Below are positions 63,451 through 64,000 of a stretch of 64,000 bases of DNA, one piece after another (positions within the stretch are counted from its first letter, which is position 1; each line of letters begins with the position of its first letter). The notes below the pieces were generated by a model. That model did no database searches. It saw only the letters and a program-made list of their open reading frames with translations, and was not told where the DNA came from. The position numbers and the translations under genes were made by a program. Origin of the DNA: Sphyrna mokarran (Eukaryota); the NCBI GenBank assembly GCA_024679065.1, contig JAGIQG010000040.1, positions 8,680,001 to 8,744,000 on the forward strand. The letters run 5' to 3'.

Positions 63451-64000
63451 ATTTTTGAATTCAAAAGTTCAAATTGCATTTGGTGCACTGAGGGTGCTAT
63501 GTGGGGAAATGAATTGAACCCATATGCCCATAATATTAGTCTGGGACAGTTCAGTGACATGTTCACTGTCCTACGATCTCTACCTTCCAAATATGCTATT
63601 CAGTTTTGAATGAATGATTGAACAACCTATATTGCTTTTTATTTTGGTCGGCACAACATCGAAGGCCGAAGGGCCTGTTCTGTGCTGTATTGTTCTATGT
63701 TCTATGTTCTATGTTCTATATGAATGCATGAACATTTCTGTTTCAGTGACCAGATGCGCCCTACGTCCGCCCCCTGCTGACTGCCCATTGCACAGCAGGA
63801 ACAGGCGAATGTCACGATTCTCTCTGTTTTTTGCCTCTGGATGATCAGAGATGCGGAAATTAATACAACTCAAACATTCAGCTGCAAACAGCCAGAACCA
63901 AAATTACAACTACAGAGTCCTAAAGCAGAGCTCCAAAGGCATATATTGGGCTGTTTCGATAGTTTCAGGACATGGAAATTAATCTGTTCTTATGTGTGAT

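Overview
Eukaryotic genomic DNA from a cartilaginous fish (shark), judged from the miniature immunoglobulin cluster and the shark-type CR1 LINEs and tRNA-derived SINEs. Two intact protein-coding loci are present. (1) A two-exon class-A GPCR of the shark-expanded GPR139-like family on the minus strand (21561->14672, 346 aa). (2) One complete germline IgM heavy-chain cluster on the plus strand (leader-VH-D1-D2-JH-Cmu1-Cmu2-Cmu3-Cmu4/secretory tail-TM1-TM2, 42745-61251), with all reading frames open and canonical splice sites. The rest is mostly nested CR1, Rex/Babar and SINE insertions, minisatellites and CA-rich low-complexity DNA, plus one 140-N gap. The most notable observations are: (a) a CR1 lineage (4 copies, 2 diverged subfamilies) whose long 3' UTR carries a conserved 3' splice acceptor, a ~120-nt multi-stem RNA fold with pairing-preserving substitutions, and a captured V-SINE core; (b) an abnormal 10-nt spacer in the D1 3' RSS, which should change this cluster's V(D)J pathway; (c) a membrane tail encoded twice (KVK* if unspliced, KIK* if spliced); (d) a 'ghost' paralogue of the VH-upstream region with a recently homogenised 1.9-kb block. 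All alignments and folds were done by eye, and repeat boundaries are approximate.
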